Made by a program: the position numbers and the translations under genes. From a virus: 26,969 bases of DNA. Shown piece after piece: positions 9,164-19,638 of the stretch. Every line of letters starts with the position of its first letter. The stretch's first letter is position 1. The notes below the pieces were generated by a model. The model searched no databases, was not told the origin of the DNA, and was given only the letters and a program-made list of their open reading frames with translations. The stretch is from the UHGV virus genome UHGV-2016197. One strand, given 5' to 3'.

Positions 9164-9856
9164 TTAAAACAACGAGCCAAGCAATCCGATACCAGCACCA
9201 ATGCCAGCGCCCCAAGGTGTTGATGTTCCCAAAAGGCTGGCAAGACCTGCACCGGCAATCGCACCAGACGTGCCACCGCTAATTGCAGTCTGAAGACTTG
9301 ATGGTTTATTGGCATTAGCAGCGGCAAGAGCTGCGCTTTGCTGTGCAATGCTGCTCATGTTGTTGGCGTACGTCTGCCCGGCGTTTGCCTGACCTTGCAG
9401 AGCACCAAGCCCAACGTTTGCCAGATTGTTGTAATTGCTCATCTGGTTTGATAACCAAGACTGACCGAGAGTCGGCGCGATCGTAGCCAGTTGATTGCTT
9501 GTGGCTGTCGAACCAAGTCCTCCCGTAGCCTCCGCAGCAGCAAGACTCTGGTAACGAGCCTGACCTGCAAGGTCTTTATACTGCTGAGAGTTGTAATACT
9601 GATTAAGTGCCTGCCCCTGACCTTCCAAACTGGAAAGGTTCTGAAGCTGGTTAACATACTGCTCCGCAAGAGGCGTGAACGGAGCAAGGTTTTTCATGAT
9701 CGTCTGCCACTGCTGATTTTGCAGGTCTGCGGCATACTTCTGAGCTTCTGCGGCATACTTTGCACTTTTATCAGAACTGCCACCTTTCCCGCCTTTTTCA
9801 TGGCAATAAGGTTCCTCGCCGCGCAGTTTTCTGCCCAGCTTAAATGCATATAACAT
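9164..9856 (-). CDS. Ejection protein, P22 gp7-like
   Basis: 230 aa; N-terminus MLYAFKLGRKLRGEEP...KGGKGGSSDKS and Gly/Ala-rich C-terminus ending GLLGSLF match P22 gp7 from memory; ATG verified at 9856. Confidence 0.8.
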   Translation of the reverse strand: MLYAFKLGRKLRGEEPYCHEKGGKGGSSDKSAKYAAEAQKYAADLQNQQWQTIMKNLAPFTPLAEQYVNQLQNLSSLEGQGQALNQYYNSQQYKDLAGQARYQSLAAAEATGGLGSTATSNQLATIAPTLGQSWLSNQMSNYNNLANVGLGALQGQANAGQTYANNMSSIAQQSAALAAANANKPSSLQTAISGGTSGAIAGAGLASLLGTSTPWGAGIGAGIGLLGSLF

Positions 9857-9858
9857 GG

Positions 9859-10314
9859 CTATCTCCCGTGATTCAGGAAGTCGATTAGTTCTTCGCGTGT
9901 GGCGCTGTAAAACGTCACGTCATCCACGCCTTTGAAGTATTTCTTGATGGTTCCGACACGCTTAAGGCCAATCATTGCGCAGTAAATCTGCCCGTGGCGG
10001 AATTTGCGTGCGGCGAACGATGTGACGCACTGAACGGTGGTGTTAGTCAGAATGTATCGCCAGAACGCCAGCCCGATTTCCTTGCTGAAGCCGCGAATCT
10101 CTGGCAGGTACATGGCGTGGCAATCGAATGTCAGCGGCTGAATCTCCTGATAGTAAACAATGCCGCCGAACTGCCCGTGCACGTTCACCTCAAAGTAACG
10201 GCAATCAGGTTTGTAGTCGTATCCATCACCGTTGTTGCTTCCGGCAATAATGTCAGGGTGATTTCCGACTGCTTCGATCAGGTCGATGTTTCGCGTTGGT
10301 TTGAACTGAATCAT
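9859..10314 (-). CDS. P22 gene 14-like protein (assigned by position)
   Basis: 151-aa ORF between tail needle and gp7 genes, as gene 14 is in P22; ATG at 10314 overlaps the needle stop (TAATG). Confidence 0.65.
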   Translation of the reverse strand: MIQFKPTRNIDLIEAVGNHPDIIAGSNNGDGYDYKPDCRYFEVNVHGQFGGIVYYQEIQPLTFDCHAMYLPEIRGFSKEIGLAFWRYILTNTTVQCVTSFAARKFRHGQIYCAMIGLKRVGTIKKYFKGVDDVTFYSATREELIDFLNHGR

Positions 10315-11162
10315 TACTGCTCCGCGATTATCTTGATGGTTGTGGCAGTAAACGCCGCACCATTAGACTGAATGGTTAACGTGCTGCCATTTGTGGCAAG
10401 AAAGCCGTCTTTATCCACGCTGAAGAACGTAGCTAACAGGATGTTATCGGTTGTTGTCGCCGAGTTGCGACTGCTTACCAGAGTGTCAGGAACAGAGCCG
10501 GAAAAGGTTAGCTGCATTGACCTGTTGGAGGTTCCGCTGGGCCACGTCCCGACGATCGACAGCTTGAATAACAGGGTTTTGTTCTCGTTGAACACAACCA
10601 TCTTGTTGTTAACGGTGTCGAAGAATGGTGCCAACGAGCCGGATGACGGCGTGAGCGTTTTCAGCAGGCTAACAAGGTTGGTCGGCGCTGTCGGAATGGT
10701 TACAGATACGCCAGAGTAAACAACCTCTGACTTTTTTCGAGTAGTGGCATACTCCAGAGCATCAATGCGCGTTTCATGGTCTGAAAGCGTGTTTTGAATG
10801 GCGACAACTTCATCAGTCAGATAATCAATATCGTTTTCTGCTGTCGTTAATCGCGAATCAAGGCCGACTATCGCCGCTTCTGCGTTAGTGATCCTTGTTT
10901 CGTGGTCCTGAATCTTCGCTTCAGCTGATGCCAGTCGAATTTCGTGATCGACCAGAATCACATCCTGCGCATCGTTCCTGACTTGTGCGTCATAAGCGCC
11001 CTGCCCTGCTTCATTGGCCTTGTTCGCCACGTTACCAACATCTGTACCTTGCGCGATAACGTAAAGCAGATACGACTGCGAGAAGATATTGCGTGGAAGG
11101 ACTGATGTATCGAGCCGCGTAGCCTGGATGATTACCGGCTCATTGAGATTCGAATCAGCCAT
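10314..11162 (-). CDS. Tail needle protein (P22 gp26-type coiled-coil N-terminus with Sf6-type C-terminal knob domain)
   Basis: From ATG 11162 (TAATG overlap with the gp10 stop) 282 aa: [43 protein letters not shown]... matches the gp26 N-terminus from memory; the C-terminal ~130 aa are a beta-rich domain unlike the P22 gp26 helical tip. The ORF-track start at 11264 is an in-frame extension into gp10 and was trimmed. Confidence 0.85.
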   Translation of the reverse strand: MADSNLNEPVIIQATRLDTSVLPRNIFSQSYLLYVIAQGTDVGNVANKANEAGQGAYDAQVRNDAQDVILVDHEIRLASAEAKIQDHETRITNAEAAIVGLDSRLTTAENDIDYLTDEVVAIQNTLSDHETRIDALEYATTRKKSEVVYSGVSVTIPTAPTNLVSLLKTLTPSSGSLAPFFDTVNNKMVVFNENKTLLFKLSIVGTWPSGTSNRSMQLTFSGSVPDTLVSSRNSATTTDNILLATFFSVDKDGFLATNGSTLTIQSNGAAFTATTIKIIAEQ

Positions 11163-12580
11163 TACTCGATCCTTATCTGGCAACCAGACAGAGTGACAGG
11201 TGACTTCGTGATAACGCGCAATTTGAAGCCAATGTTTTTCCTGATGCGCCCTACTTTCTTCCACAAAACGCGTTTGTCGTAAACGAACGGTTCATTCTGC
11301 TCAATCATCTGCTCACGCCCGTAATTGATGCCGTCAGTGGTTGCAGAGAGGAACAGGCGGTCGGCGTACTGCGCAACGCCAGTTGACGATTCAACCTCAA
11401 GGTCGAAAACTCTGGCGTTATCCGCTTTGAACAACGGAGTAAACAGCAGGTGTTCCTGTTGCTTGTCGTACTGGCTGCTGATGTCGAATTGCAGTTTCCC
11501 GGTAACAGATTCCAGCTTATCGCCGCACGTTATCTGATTGCCTTCGTAAATGAAGTCGATAGCGCGGTACACATCGTCATACAGGCCTGTTTTCAACACA
11601 CACCATTGCGGACCATTGGCGCTTGAAGATGCGTCGTAAACAAGAACATGGCGCGGAAGGTGGATAATCAGCAATTCATGAGCATCAAACCGCAACGATT
11701 CCATCACGCCATCAGCCAGTTCATCAGCAGTGTAGGAGCGTAGTATTTTCTCAATGCTCGCGCTGGCGATTGGTGACACCTGACCGGAGCCGATGATGTA
11801 TACAGACGGCGCACCTGTTGCCGGATTGCTGATGAACGCATACGAATCAGCAAACGGCGTTTTGCAGTAAGTCCCGGCGATTCCTTTTTGCACCATCAAC
11901 GATGGCTGGGCGACATACAAAGCGGCACCAACAGTGGTTGCGCCCGTCAGGGAGAAATATTCAATCGTCGATGAGCCAAAGCAGACGATGAAGTCTCGCC
12001 ATGTTCCGATGCCGATGATGCCGTCAGGCTGCGACTCGGCACGATATTGTGCGCTGTAGCGGTCAGGATGCGATTCGTCTTCAGGGTCAGTGATAAACCA
12101 TGAATCTGTGCCGTCTTTTGACCACGCATAACGCCCACGTAAGCGCGTAATGTCGCGGACTGAGCCTAACTCATACTGAGTAAAACCGCTGTCTGTAGGC
12201 CAGTTTGAGACGGTTTTAACCGTGCCGTCATAACGATACTCGACCAGTTGACCATTAACGCCTACCGCCTGTGATGTCCGACCATGCGCCATTGATACAC
12301 GACCACTTCCGGCGACGTCACCGACTTCACTTTCGCCTTTGTACAGCTTGCCACCACACACACGATAAACAGCATTCTGCGCCATGTTGTACTCAACTCC
12401 GCGCGATACGCCGTTCACATCAGAACGTTTGGCAATGCCCGGGAATGAGCGAAGATATCCGCTGCTGTTCAGGATTTCTTTGGGTGTAGCCAACATATTC
12501 ACTGGCAGATAGTCGATATAGTCGGCGTTTCTAAAGTCTTTGCCGACACCTTTCATAAGCGGAAGTTGCTGAATCGGCAT
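11162..12580 (-). CDS. Tail hub protein, P22 gp10-like
   Basis: 472 aa, same length as P22 gp10; position between gp4 and needle; ATG verified at 12580. Confidence 0.9.
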   Translation of the reverse strand: MPIQQLPLMKGVGKDFRNADYIDYLPVNMLATPKEILNSSGYLRSFPGIAKRSDVNGVSRGVEYNMAQNAVYRVCGGKLYKGESEVGDVAGSGRVSMAHGRTSQAVGVNGQLVEYRYDGTVKTVSNWPTDSGFTQYELGSVRDITRLRGRYAWSKDGTDSWFITDPEDESHPDRYSAQYRAESQPDGIIGIGTWRDFIVCFGSSTIEYFSLTGATTVGAALYVAQPSLMVQKGIAGTYCKTPFADSYAFISNPATGAPSVYIIGSGQVSPIASASIEKILRSYTADELADGVMESLRFDAHELLIIHLPRHVLVYDASSSANGPQWCVLKTGLYDDVYRAIDFIYEGNQITCGDKLESVTGKLQFDISSQYDKQQEHLLFTPLFKADNARVFDLEVESSTGVAQYADRLFLSATTDGINYGREQMIEQNEPFVYDKRVLWKKVGRIRKNIGFKLRVITKSPVTLSGCQIRIE

Positions 12581-12589
12581 TTATTCACC

Positions 12590-13051
12590 TCACGTACTCG
12601 GATCATCTTTCTCGATGTAAAACCGATTCCACGTAAACGCGCTTTTGTTACCACTACCGCGAGGCATATCATTTCGCCGCTCAAGTGGTGGTATTTTGGT
12701 TAAAGCGATACAGATTGTTTGATATGCACTGTCAGCAGCGGTAAGGAGAGCGTCTGACGGCTGAATGACGTTATCCATGCACACTTGCACAGCGAGTTTC
12801 AAAGCGACGCCATCATTTGCCCATGCAGGGATACCTGAATCATCGTCAGGTAACGGCATGATGCCGTTTTCTGTATCAGCAAACTGATACCCAAGCTCGA
12901 TACCTTTCGCCTGCCATGCTGCCATCATGTCTTCGAGGTCATTAATGGCATCTTCAATTGCCTGAGGGTCAGCATCTGTCAACGTGGCATTGGAATACAG
13001 CCCGGCTTTTCGTAAAGCCTTTAGAACGAGATCACCCTTCGTTTTCGCCAT
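12590..13051 (-). CDS. Tail accessory / head completion protein, P22 gp4-like
   Basis: 153 aa; N-terminus MAKTKGDLVLKALRKAGLYSNATLTD resembles P22 gp4 from memory; ATG verified at 13051. Confidence 0.85.
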   Translation of the reverse strand: MAKTKGDLVLKALRKAGLYSNATLTDADPQAIEDAINDLEDMMAAWQAKGIELGYQFADTENGIMPLPDDDSGIPAWANDGVALKLAVQVCMDNVIQPSDALLTAADSAYQTICIALTKIPPLERRNDMPRGSGNKSAFTWNRFYIEKDDPST

Positions 13052-13220
13052 CTTCTTCCGCCTTAGCCACTTTTTGCTTCGTTGCGGTTTCTTCAGGAGT
13101 TTTTACCCAACCTTTTTTCAGGTGAGATTTAACTTCTTCGTCATCAACAATGATGTAATCGACAGCAAACTGACCACAGGTGATCATGTTGCCAGGCTTA
13201 TAGAGCATTGTTCGTGCCAT
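13032..13220 (-). CDS. Small hypothetical protein between coat and gp4 genes
   Basis: 62 codons from ATG 13220 with GGGAGA Shine-Dalgarno 5 nt upstream; the ORF-track TTG start at 13259 was trimmed. Overlaps the gp4 start by 20 nt. Confidence 0.4.
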   Translation of the reverse strand: MARTMLYKPGNMITCGQFAVDYIIVDDEEVKSHLKKGWVKTPEETATKQKVAKAEEDGENEG

Positions 13221-13229
13221 TGTCTTCTC

Positions 13230-13256
13230 CCAATAAAAATGGGGCCGAAGCCCCAC
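13230..13256 (-). terminator. Intrinsic terminator/attenuator immediately downstream of the coat gene
   Basis: Minus-strand RNA GGGGC-UUCG-GCCCC followed by AUUUUUAUU, 5 nt after the coat stop codon. Confidence 0.55.
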
Positions 13257-13261
13257 CAAAA

Positions 13262-14515
13262 TTACTGCCCGGCAATAACGATGCCCGTATATTCAGGAAC
13301 AAGTACAGAGCAACCGTACAGGGTGGTGAAACGCGCAGTGGTTACACCTTTGATGTGGTCGAAGGCGTAAGACATGATCAGCGTAGCGCCCTGCTCGGTG
13401 GTTGCTGTCATTACCTGTGGACCCTGACCAGTCGGGAACGCCAGCTTGCCGTACATCAGTTCAACAGAACCATCAGCCCAGAACAGGTTAGCCGGTGCGG
13501 CATTTTTGTTGAGAATGGTGATTGCTGCGCTACTTGCCGCATTAGCATCAACGTTTGCATATGGTCGGCTGGCGACATCCGCGTTGTCAGGCGGCAGAAT
13601 TTTCGGGGAGATAGTTACTGTCGTTCCGCTTACTGCCAGAACGCGGAATACCTGCGGCTGCCCGGTGGTATCTTTGGTGATCTGGTGTACAGAATTCACC
13701 CCTGCGATGGTAAACGCATCGCCAACCTGCAAACCTTCAGCAGATACCGTAATGGTCCCCTGTCGGTTATCCACTGGCATATCGTTAGCATCTTTGGCTT
13801 CAACCTTGTGCGCAGGTGCTGCTGCCAGCGTAATGGAAGTTGCTGTACCCTTCGGAACACGACCAGAAATATCGGTCTTGTAGCTATCGAAGGACGCAAC
13901 CGGAGGGATTTGCGCTTTTTCGTATGCTGTCAGGGTTGCGCCCTGAGCATAGGCACGGTGACCAAGCTCGCCAGCAAGGTCTTTGTAGTTGAAGGGGTTC
14001 CAGAAAGAGCGACGGTTGATACCCTGAGGTACACCAATCGCCGTCATGGTGGCATCAATACCTGCCGCACAGTTCCACAAATCACGGCCCTGTGAACCTG
14101 TGGTTGAGTCAGCCATCGTGATCACGTTAGTAGCACGCTGCGTAACCATGGAAATCAGGTCAGAGTCAATCTGTGCAGCAAGGCGCATACCTGCGGCGCG
14201 ACCAGCTTCAGTTTTATGTTCCGGGTCACGCATTTCACGCGCATCCAGAGTGTACAGAATGTTTTTCGGCTCCTTGAACACAGAAGGAACAAGGCGCTGA
14301 ACCAGTGCTGTTGGCGTTTTGCCGCTGAGGTCTAGGCCTTCCTCAATGTTCATGTGGTAATGCTGCGGACGATACAGAACATCACCTGCTCGCTGCATTG
14401 CTGTATCACCGGGACGGAATTTTTTAGCGTTACGGGAAACTACGCAGGCGGCCTCAAAGCCTTCAACGTAGTTTTCGAACATGATTTCAAGGTCTTTTGC
14501 TAATTGGTTAGCCAT
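13262..14515 (-). CDS. Major capsid (coat) protein, P22 gp5-like
   Basis: 417 aa following the scaffold gene; a C-terminal FWADGSVELMYG-type segment resembles the P22 coat from memory; ATG verified at 14515. Confidence 0.9.
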   Translation of the reverse strand: MANQLAKDLEIMFENYVEGFEAACVVSRNAKKFRPGDTAMQRAGDVLYRPQHYHMNIEEGLDLSGKTPTALVQRLVPSVFKEPKNILYTLDAREMRDPEHKTEAGRAAGMRLAAQIDSDLISMVTQRATNVITMADSTTGSQGRDLWNCAAGIDATMTAIGVPQGINRRSFWNPFNYKDLAGELGHRAYAQGATLTAYEKAQIPPVASFDSYKTDISGRVPKGTATSITLAAAPAHKVEAKDANDMPVDNRQGTITVSAEGLQVGDAFTIAGVNSVHQITKDTTGQPQVFRVLAVSGTTVTISPKILPPDNADVASRPYANVDANAASSAAITILNKNAAPANLFWADGSVELMYGKLAFPTGQGPQVMTATTEQGATLIMSYAFDHIKGVTTARFTTLYGCSVLVPEYTGIVIAGQ

Positions 14516-14533
14516 GCTTAATGCTCCGATAGG

Positions 14534-15427
14534 TTATTTTTTTGCCTTTTTAGCGGCGAAATACGGCGTCCAGTCACCAGTTTCCAGCGCCTTGGCTTTC
14601 AGTTTGTCGAGGTTGTTGATTACTGCGCCGTTGCTCCCCTTAACTGTCGGGGTTGTGGCTGCCGTGGTTTTTGCTTTTGGCATGATTCTGGCCTTCGATT
14701 CGATACGTTCCAGCAGACGACCAATTGCTACGGGGTTGGTAGCTTCTGCCAGTTGCTTGCGCAGTTCAGCGTTGCGACCGAGTGCCAGAACAACGATTTC
14801 CGGCTTCTCTGACTCAAACAAGATCGCGTTTTGTGTCTCGATGGGGATTTCCTCGAGTACGGTCTGCTCAGCTTCCTGATAGCCAGGAACTTTGAGAGCC
14901 TTAACACGTTGCTGATATTTGGATAATCGCTCTTGATAGGCAGCCTGAAGCTCCTGCTCCTTCTGCTTGCGAGCCATCTCCTGTTGCTGGTACTTGCCGT
15001 TATCCTCTGCCCACTTAGCCATGCGTTGCTGGTAGATTTCTTCATCGAAACCGATGTCCTCATCATCCAGTTTTGGCATTCGCGGTGGTTGAGTGATTAC
15101 CGGCTGCTGCTCGACGGGTTTCTGAGACTGACGCATCAGCTCTTTCAGCTCGCGGTCCTTCTCTTTAATCGTCTTGCGCAGGTGTTTTACCAGTCCATGC
15201 TCTGCGCCATCTTCGCTGGTTGGCGAATCCAGCTTTTCGTCACCAAAGTAGAATTCCTGTTCTGATTCGTCGTCATCAGTTTCAGTAGCTTCCTCTGCAT
15301 CATTGCCGGAGGACTCACTGCCATCTTCTGTTTCGACTTCTTCAGCCAGTTCGACATCATCAGGAATCTGCTCTGACGCGTCGGTTTCGATTTCAACTTC
15401 TGGTGTGTTTTCTGCCATCTGGTCCAT
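14534..15427 (-). CDS. Scaffolding protein, P22 gp8-like
   Basis: 297 aa, acidic N-terminus, charged helical middle, basic C-terminal tail; position between portal and coat; ATG verified at 15427. Confidence 0.85.
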   Translation of the reverse strand: MDQMAENTPEVEIETDASEQIPDDVELAEEVETEDGSESSGNDAEEATETDDDESEQEFYFGDEKLDSPTSEDGAEHGLVKHLRKTIKEKDRELKELMRQSQKPVEQQPVITQPPRMPKLDDEDIGFDEEIYQQRMAKWAEDNGKYQQQEMARKQKEQELQAAYQERLSKYQQRVKALKVPGYQEAEQTVLEEIPIETQNAILFESEKPEIVVLALGRNAELRKQLAEATNPVAIGRLLERIESKARIMPKAKTTAATTPTVKGSNGAVINNLDKLKAKALETGDWTPYFAAKKAKK

Positions 15428-15517
15428 TTGTTACCCCTGTTTACTCGATGTTCAGCCCATCGGAAGGCAATAGGGTGCCAGGCCTCATAAAGACAGCCAT
15501 TGCACGTTATGGGTTAA

Positions 15518-17716
15518 TTACTGCTGTGGTTGTTGCTGAGTTGATTTTTGCAGGATGCTGCTGATGTCCATGCGCTGCGCATGGCCCTGTGCCTGACTTT
15601 TCAGGACAAGCTCCGCATCAGCACGGGCATTGTCTCCTTGCTGTTGCTGGAACTGTCCGAGCAGTTTCAGAGCCTCGCGGATATCAGATTTCTGCTGGCT
15701 ATCGGCAGATGCGAGGATTTTCACAACATTTGCCGCTGCAACCTGAGCATCAGTCTGTGCCTGGAATGCTTTAACCTGAATGGCTGCCTGTTCGTTCTGC
15801 GCTTTCTGCAATTCAGCCTGACCAGCAAGAAGCTGACCTTGCGCAGCAACCATAGCCGGATCCGGCTGACTGGCCTGTTGTTGTTTCGCCTGCTCAACCA
15901 TCTGCTGTTCTTCTGGTGTTCTCGGCTTAATAACGCCAGACAGAAGCAACTGATTGCGGTTGTATTCTTTAAGGTCGTCCATCCCTTCGCCGTCCATATT
16001 GTCGAGAATCATCGACGATACAAGGTCATGCTTCGGCGTTCCTGGCGGGATAAGTGCCAGCATGGAAAGTAACGACTTAACCGTTGCATCACGGCGAGTA
16101 GCGAACGACTGACCGACATCGACAGTCACTTCATAGTTACCCTGCGAAAGGTCGTTAAGCGCGATAACCTGCCCTGTCTGACGGTCAACCACTTCACCAG
16201 TCATCAGCGCCACGTCATCGCTGCCGTCCTCATTAACGATGCGCATTGGCGTATCGCTGCCATAGACTTCACGCGCCATAGAAAGCCACACAACGCCAGC
16301 GCGGCGCATGGATTTAGCCATGTTGTCCATGTAGATATAGGACTGCGTGTCCATCCGGTTAAAAATGCTATCAACGGTATCGGTGGCGACGTTGCTCGGC
16401 ATGTTCTCAAGCTGCGACGCACCTGTAATTTGCTGAATAGCCGTTCCGGTGTACTGCAATAGCCCGGCAAGAGCAGGAGGCATTTGTGTTGGAGGAGTCC
16501 AGCCAGCAACCTGAGCCTCTGAAATGACTGTTCCGTTTTTGTCCTTCTTGCTGGTCATAGGAAGAACTGCTGGTCTTTTCTTATTCCTCTCTGCCCAGTG
16601 ATTCATTAATGGACCGGGAATGAAATCAACATCCACGATAGGAATGCCATCACCGCCAGCCTGAGTAGCGTTATCTGCAATCATGGAAACCATCAGGTTC
16701 TCAAGACGCTGTGCATCCATCGCTTTTGCTGCGTGGCCTTCAATTCGCTCCTGATTATCAACAAATGAGCGACGCCCATATACCGGGATGAGAGGAATAT
16801 GTTCACCCGGAATACGCTTCGGTTCTTCCAGCCATTCAGCGCCAGACAGAAGACCGCAATAAACGCGGCGCTTCTTCACCGTTCGCTCGCCAATCAGTTC
16901 GAATGCACCATCGGTCAGCTCGTCGACAATATCTTTGATTTGCTCTTCATCATAGATTGCCGTTTCTCCGCTAACAGGGTTGCGCCACGCCGTGAGCTTC
17001 ACCTTCTCTATGCGAACTTCGTAGTAGCGTCCAACATAGATGGCATCGGGCGTTGACCAGTCATATTGAGTGCCAGTGTCATCACGAGAAAGGCTTGCCG
17101 CGATGGAATCAGGGTATTCAGCCTCGAACGCTTTAGGCGTCATGGAGAACATTTCCATAGCCCACATAGCATCAGAGCGGTCATATTGCTTGCTGTCCTG
17201 ATCGAAGAAGACGCATGTCGCTGGGTCGTAAACAGGAAGAAGACTGATGCGTCGCTGCTCGTTACTCGGATCCATTTCATCTTCGTAATCGGCACACATG
17301 CGGAAACAACCGAATCCGCCCGTTACAGCATCATCAAATGCGTTATCACACGCTTCGCCACCGGATGTTTCCTGATAGTCAGCGCGGAATTTGCCGTTCA
17401 TTTTTTCGGCTAACGCTTCCGATGCCTTGTCATCCTTAGGCCTGAACTTAACGCTGATGCGATTCTGTCGATACTCGCCAATGATGCGATCACATTCACG
17501 GGCAATCTTATTCAGTTCAAAGCGCGGGTAATGCTCAAACCTGCCTTCATCAAATGAGTAACCAGCGTTTGTGCTGCCTTCCCACTGTGCGCCGGATACC
17601 CGGACGAAACGTTGAGCCTCAATAATCTGCTCACGCATATCCTGCGTTGCTGACCAGGCATTATCAAAGTTGCACAGCACCTTGCGATGCCAGTCAGTCA
17701 TCTTTTTTTCTGCCAT
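15518..17716 (-). CDS. Portal protein, P22 gp1-like
   Basis: 732 aa; multiple segments match P22 portal from memory (YEDE..., IKRRRVY-like KKRRVY, PEEQQ, DPAMVAAQGQLLAGQAELQKAQNEQ, DARADAELVLK); ATG verified at 17716. Confidence 0.95.
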   Translation of the reverse strand: MAEKKMTDWHRKVLCNFDNAWSATQDMREQIIEAQRFVRVSGAQWEGSTNAGYSFDEGRFEHYPRFELNKIARECDRIIGEYRQNRISVKFRPKDDKASEALAEKMNGKFRADYQETSGGEACDNAFDDAVTGGFGCFRMCADYEDEMDPSNEQRRISLLPVYDPATCVFFDQDSKQYDRSDAMWAMEMFSMTPKAFEAEYPDSIAASLSRDDTGTQYDWSTPDAIYVGRYYEVRIEKVKLTAWRNPVSGETAIYDEEQIKDIVDELTDGAFELIGERTVKKRRVYCGLLSGAEWLEEPKRIPGEHIPLIPVYGRRSFVDNQERIEGHAAKAMDAQRLENLMVSMIADNATQAGGDGIPIVDVDFIPGPLMNHWAERNKKRPAVLPMTSKKDKNGTVISEAQVAGWTPPTQMPPALAGLLQYTGTAIQQITGASQLENMPSNVATDTVDSIFNRMDTQSYIYMDNMAKSMRRAGVVWLSMAREVYGSDTPMRIVNEDGSDDVALMTGEVVDRQTGQVIALNDLSQGNYEVTVDVGQSFATRRDATVKSLLSMLALIPPGTPKHDLVSSMILDNMDGEGMDDLKEYNRNQLLLSGVIKPRTPEEQQMVEQAKQQQASQPDPAMVAAQGQLLAGQAELQKAQNEQAAIQVKAFQAQTDAQVAAANVVKILASADSQQKSDIREALKLLGQFQQQQGDNARADAELVLKSQAQGHAQRMDISSILQKSTQQQPQQ

Positions 17717-17717
17717 A

Positions 17718-19196
17718 TCAACCTACACCACAAGGAATTGAGTAACTGGAATAGTCGGGTTGCGAAGCCGACTCCGGGCAATGCATACACATCATCAGCG
17801 CATCAGCCAGGTTAGGAGATGGAATACCGAGCTTCTGCTTCATTTCGACTTTGGTCATCAGCTCAAGCTTTCCGTTACCGTTGAATTTGCGTTGGATCTG
17901 CGTTAGCTCTGCGAATAGCTTGTTGAGGATATTCTCTCCAATAGCCTCTTTGTCAAAGCTAAGCATTTCATCAGGGTCGGCGTATTCACCATGCTCTACC
18001 GCCCGGTATGTTCGATAAAGCCTGTCAGCCAGCGTGTAATAGAACTGCGCTCGCTTGTTTCGGAATACATCTCCAATAGTGCGGACGTTATCACCCTGCA
18101 CAACTTCATCAGTCCATGCCCCAGCCTGATATGGAGCATCTTCGTCGAATGGCGATTCACTACCTTTAAACATTGTTACGGTGACTTTCTTTCCACTGAA
18201 ATAGTCTGTTATCTGTCGACGAAGCCCTGCTCCAAGTCCATCTCCATCAAACAGGAAATGATCAACATCATCGATTACCGCCAATGAAGATGCCCAATCA
18301 GCACCCTCGTTTATATCCATGAGCAGCCCTTCACATACGCGCTTAACAACTGATCCATGTCGCACTGCATATCCTTTGGCATCTGGGCCGGTGTCTGACG
18401 GGTCATGCGCTGCAATCACTGCACCTTTAGCTTTCCATCCGAGCTTAATGTGGGCGTCTGTTGCAGCCTCTAACCATGCAAACTTGATAATAGCCATTTC
18501 TGATGCCCCCACCGGTTCACCAAGATACACATGCCGATAAAGCTCGTGATTAGCCTTCTTCATAATCTCCATATCCCTGCGGAGAGTTTCCGGGAACCAT
18601 GGATTAGCTGTGTAGTTGATCTGCTTGACGATGCAGTAGCGATTACCGTTTTCGTCATAGTCGGGGTATATGCGATTCGTAACAAAGCGCTGATGTGTAT
18701 CGCTGAGTCTGTTCTTCGGGTTGTATGCAACCCATATTTCCGACTCAACCACTCGACCATACTCAGCGCTGTAGAACTCTTTACGTACCGTTGGGATAAG
18801 CGTTTCCCATGAGTCCTTTGATACGTTTTCTGCTTCCTCTACAAGGGCGGCATCGAAGTTTGCGTAACCTTTGATATTTTCCACGTTAAGGCGCAGGAAG
18901 TCGAAACTGATACGTCCGCCGCTATTGGCAAATATCTCTGTCTTATTGATAGTCACCAGTGAGTGGAGGTTTCGGCGGTTAATCTCTTCAACAATTTCCG
19001 CATAGCATGATTCCTTGATGGACTTCATGTACTCACGAAAACAGATAAGCTTCCATCCGTGATAGATGACGTTATTGAGGAGGATTGTTATGAACGTTCG
19101 CGTCTTGGCGGAACCTCGCCCGCCATAAGCTACCTTGAATCTGGCTGGCTGCAGGTATTCCTCAAACGCTTCAGGAATGCTGCATTGCTCTGTCAT
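17718..19196 (-). CDS. Terminase large subunit
   Basis: 492 aa with Walker A-like motif (GGRGSAKT) near the N-terminus; directly upstream of portal; ATG verified at 19196, overlapping the small-subunit stop (ATGA). Confidence 0.9.
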   Translation of the reverse strand: MTEQCSIPEAFEEYLQPARFKVAYGGRGSAKTRTFITILLNNVIYHGWKLICFREYMKSIKESCYAEIVEEINRRNLHSLVTINKTEIFANSGGRISFDFLRLNVENIKGYANFDAALVEEAENVSKDSWETLIPTVRKEFYSAEYGRVVESEIWVAYNPKNRLSDTHQRFVTNRIYPDYDENGNRYCIVKQINYTANPWFPETLRRDMEIMKKANHELYRHVYLGEPVGASEMAIIKFAWLEAATDAHIKLGWKAKGAVIAAHDPSDTGPDAKGYAVRHGSVVKRVCEGLLMDINEGADWASSLAVIDDVDHFLFDGDGLGAGLRRQITDYFSGKKVTVTMFKGSESPFDEDAPYQAGAWTDEVVQGDNVRTIGDVFRNKRAQFYYTLADRLYRTYRAVEHGEYADPDEMLSFDKEAIGENILNKLFAELTQIQRKFNGNGKLELMTKVEMKQKLGIPSPNLADALMMCMHCPESASQPDYSSYSIPCGVG

Positions 19197-19636
19197 TGCG
19201 TCTCGCTTTTTACAATGTTATACACTGGAGCTTTTGGAGCCATGGAGCCGTCATCAGATGTATGGTTGACGTCCTGCTTCTCTCGCCATTTATCTTTCTG
19301 TCTGTTCTTGAGCCAGAAGATGGCGGCAGTTGTATCAGGCGGGTAATACTTCTTAAGCGGAGTTTCGACAATTCTGTTTTCAATAACACGAATATCGATG
19401 TCTGGAGCCACGAAGCCCATAGCGCGTTGATAAAGACGGTCACTAACTTCTGCATCAGCGACGGCCTTACCCTTTTTTATGGACTCCGAAAACTTAGGAT
19501 AATCAAGCTTCCACTTGTTAATAGTTGACTCACTGACTTCAAAGAAATCAGCAAGTTCTGCGTCTGTATAGCCCAGCAAGCACAGTTTGCGTGCCTGTTC
19601 GGCATACGCCTCTTGATACTTTGTTGGGCGCGCCAT
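19193..19636 (-). CDS. Terminase small subunit (Sf6-like architecture with N-terminal HTH)
   Basis: 147 aa, translationally coupled to the large subunit; N-terminal HTH-like segment LCLLGYTDAELADFFEVSESTINKW; ATG verified at 19636. Confidence 0.75.
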   Translation of the reverse strand: MARPTKYQEAYAEQARKLCLLGYTDAELADFFEVSESTINKWKLDYPKFSESIKKGKAVADAEVSDRLYQRAMGFVAPDIDIRVIENRIVETPLKKYYPPDTTAAIFWLKNRQKDKWREKQDVNHTSDDGSMAPKAPVYNIVKSETQ

Positions 19637-19638
19637 GT

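Noticed and set aside
13208-14095. 295-aa plus-strand ORF antisense to the coat gene
   Set aside because: Entirely antisense to the coat gene, Arg/Cys-rich nonsense-like translation, no start context.
15548-16072. 174-aa plus-strand ORF antisense to the portal gene
   Set aside because: Antisense within portal; Leu/Arg-rich translation typical of the reverse frame of a coding region.
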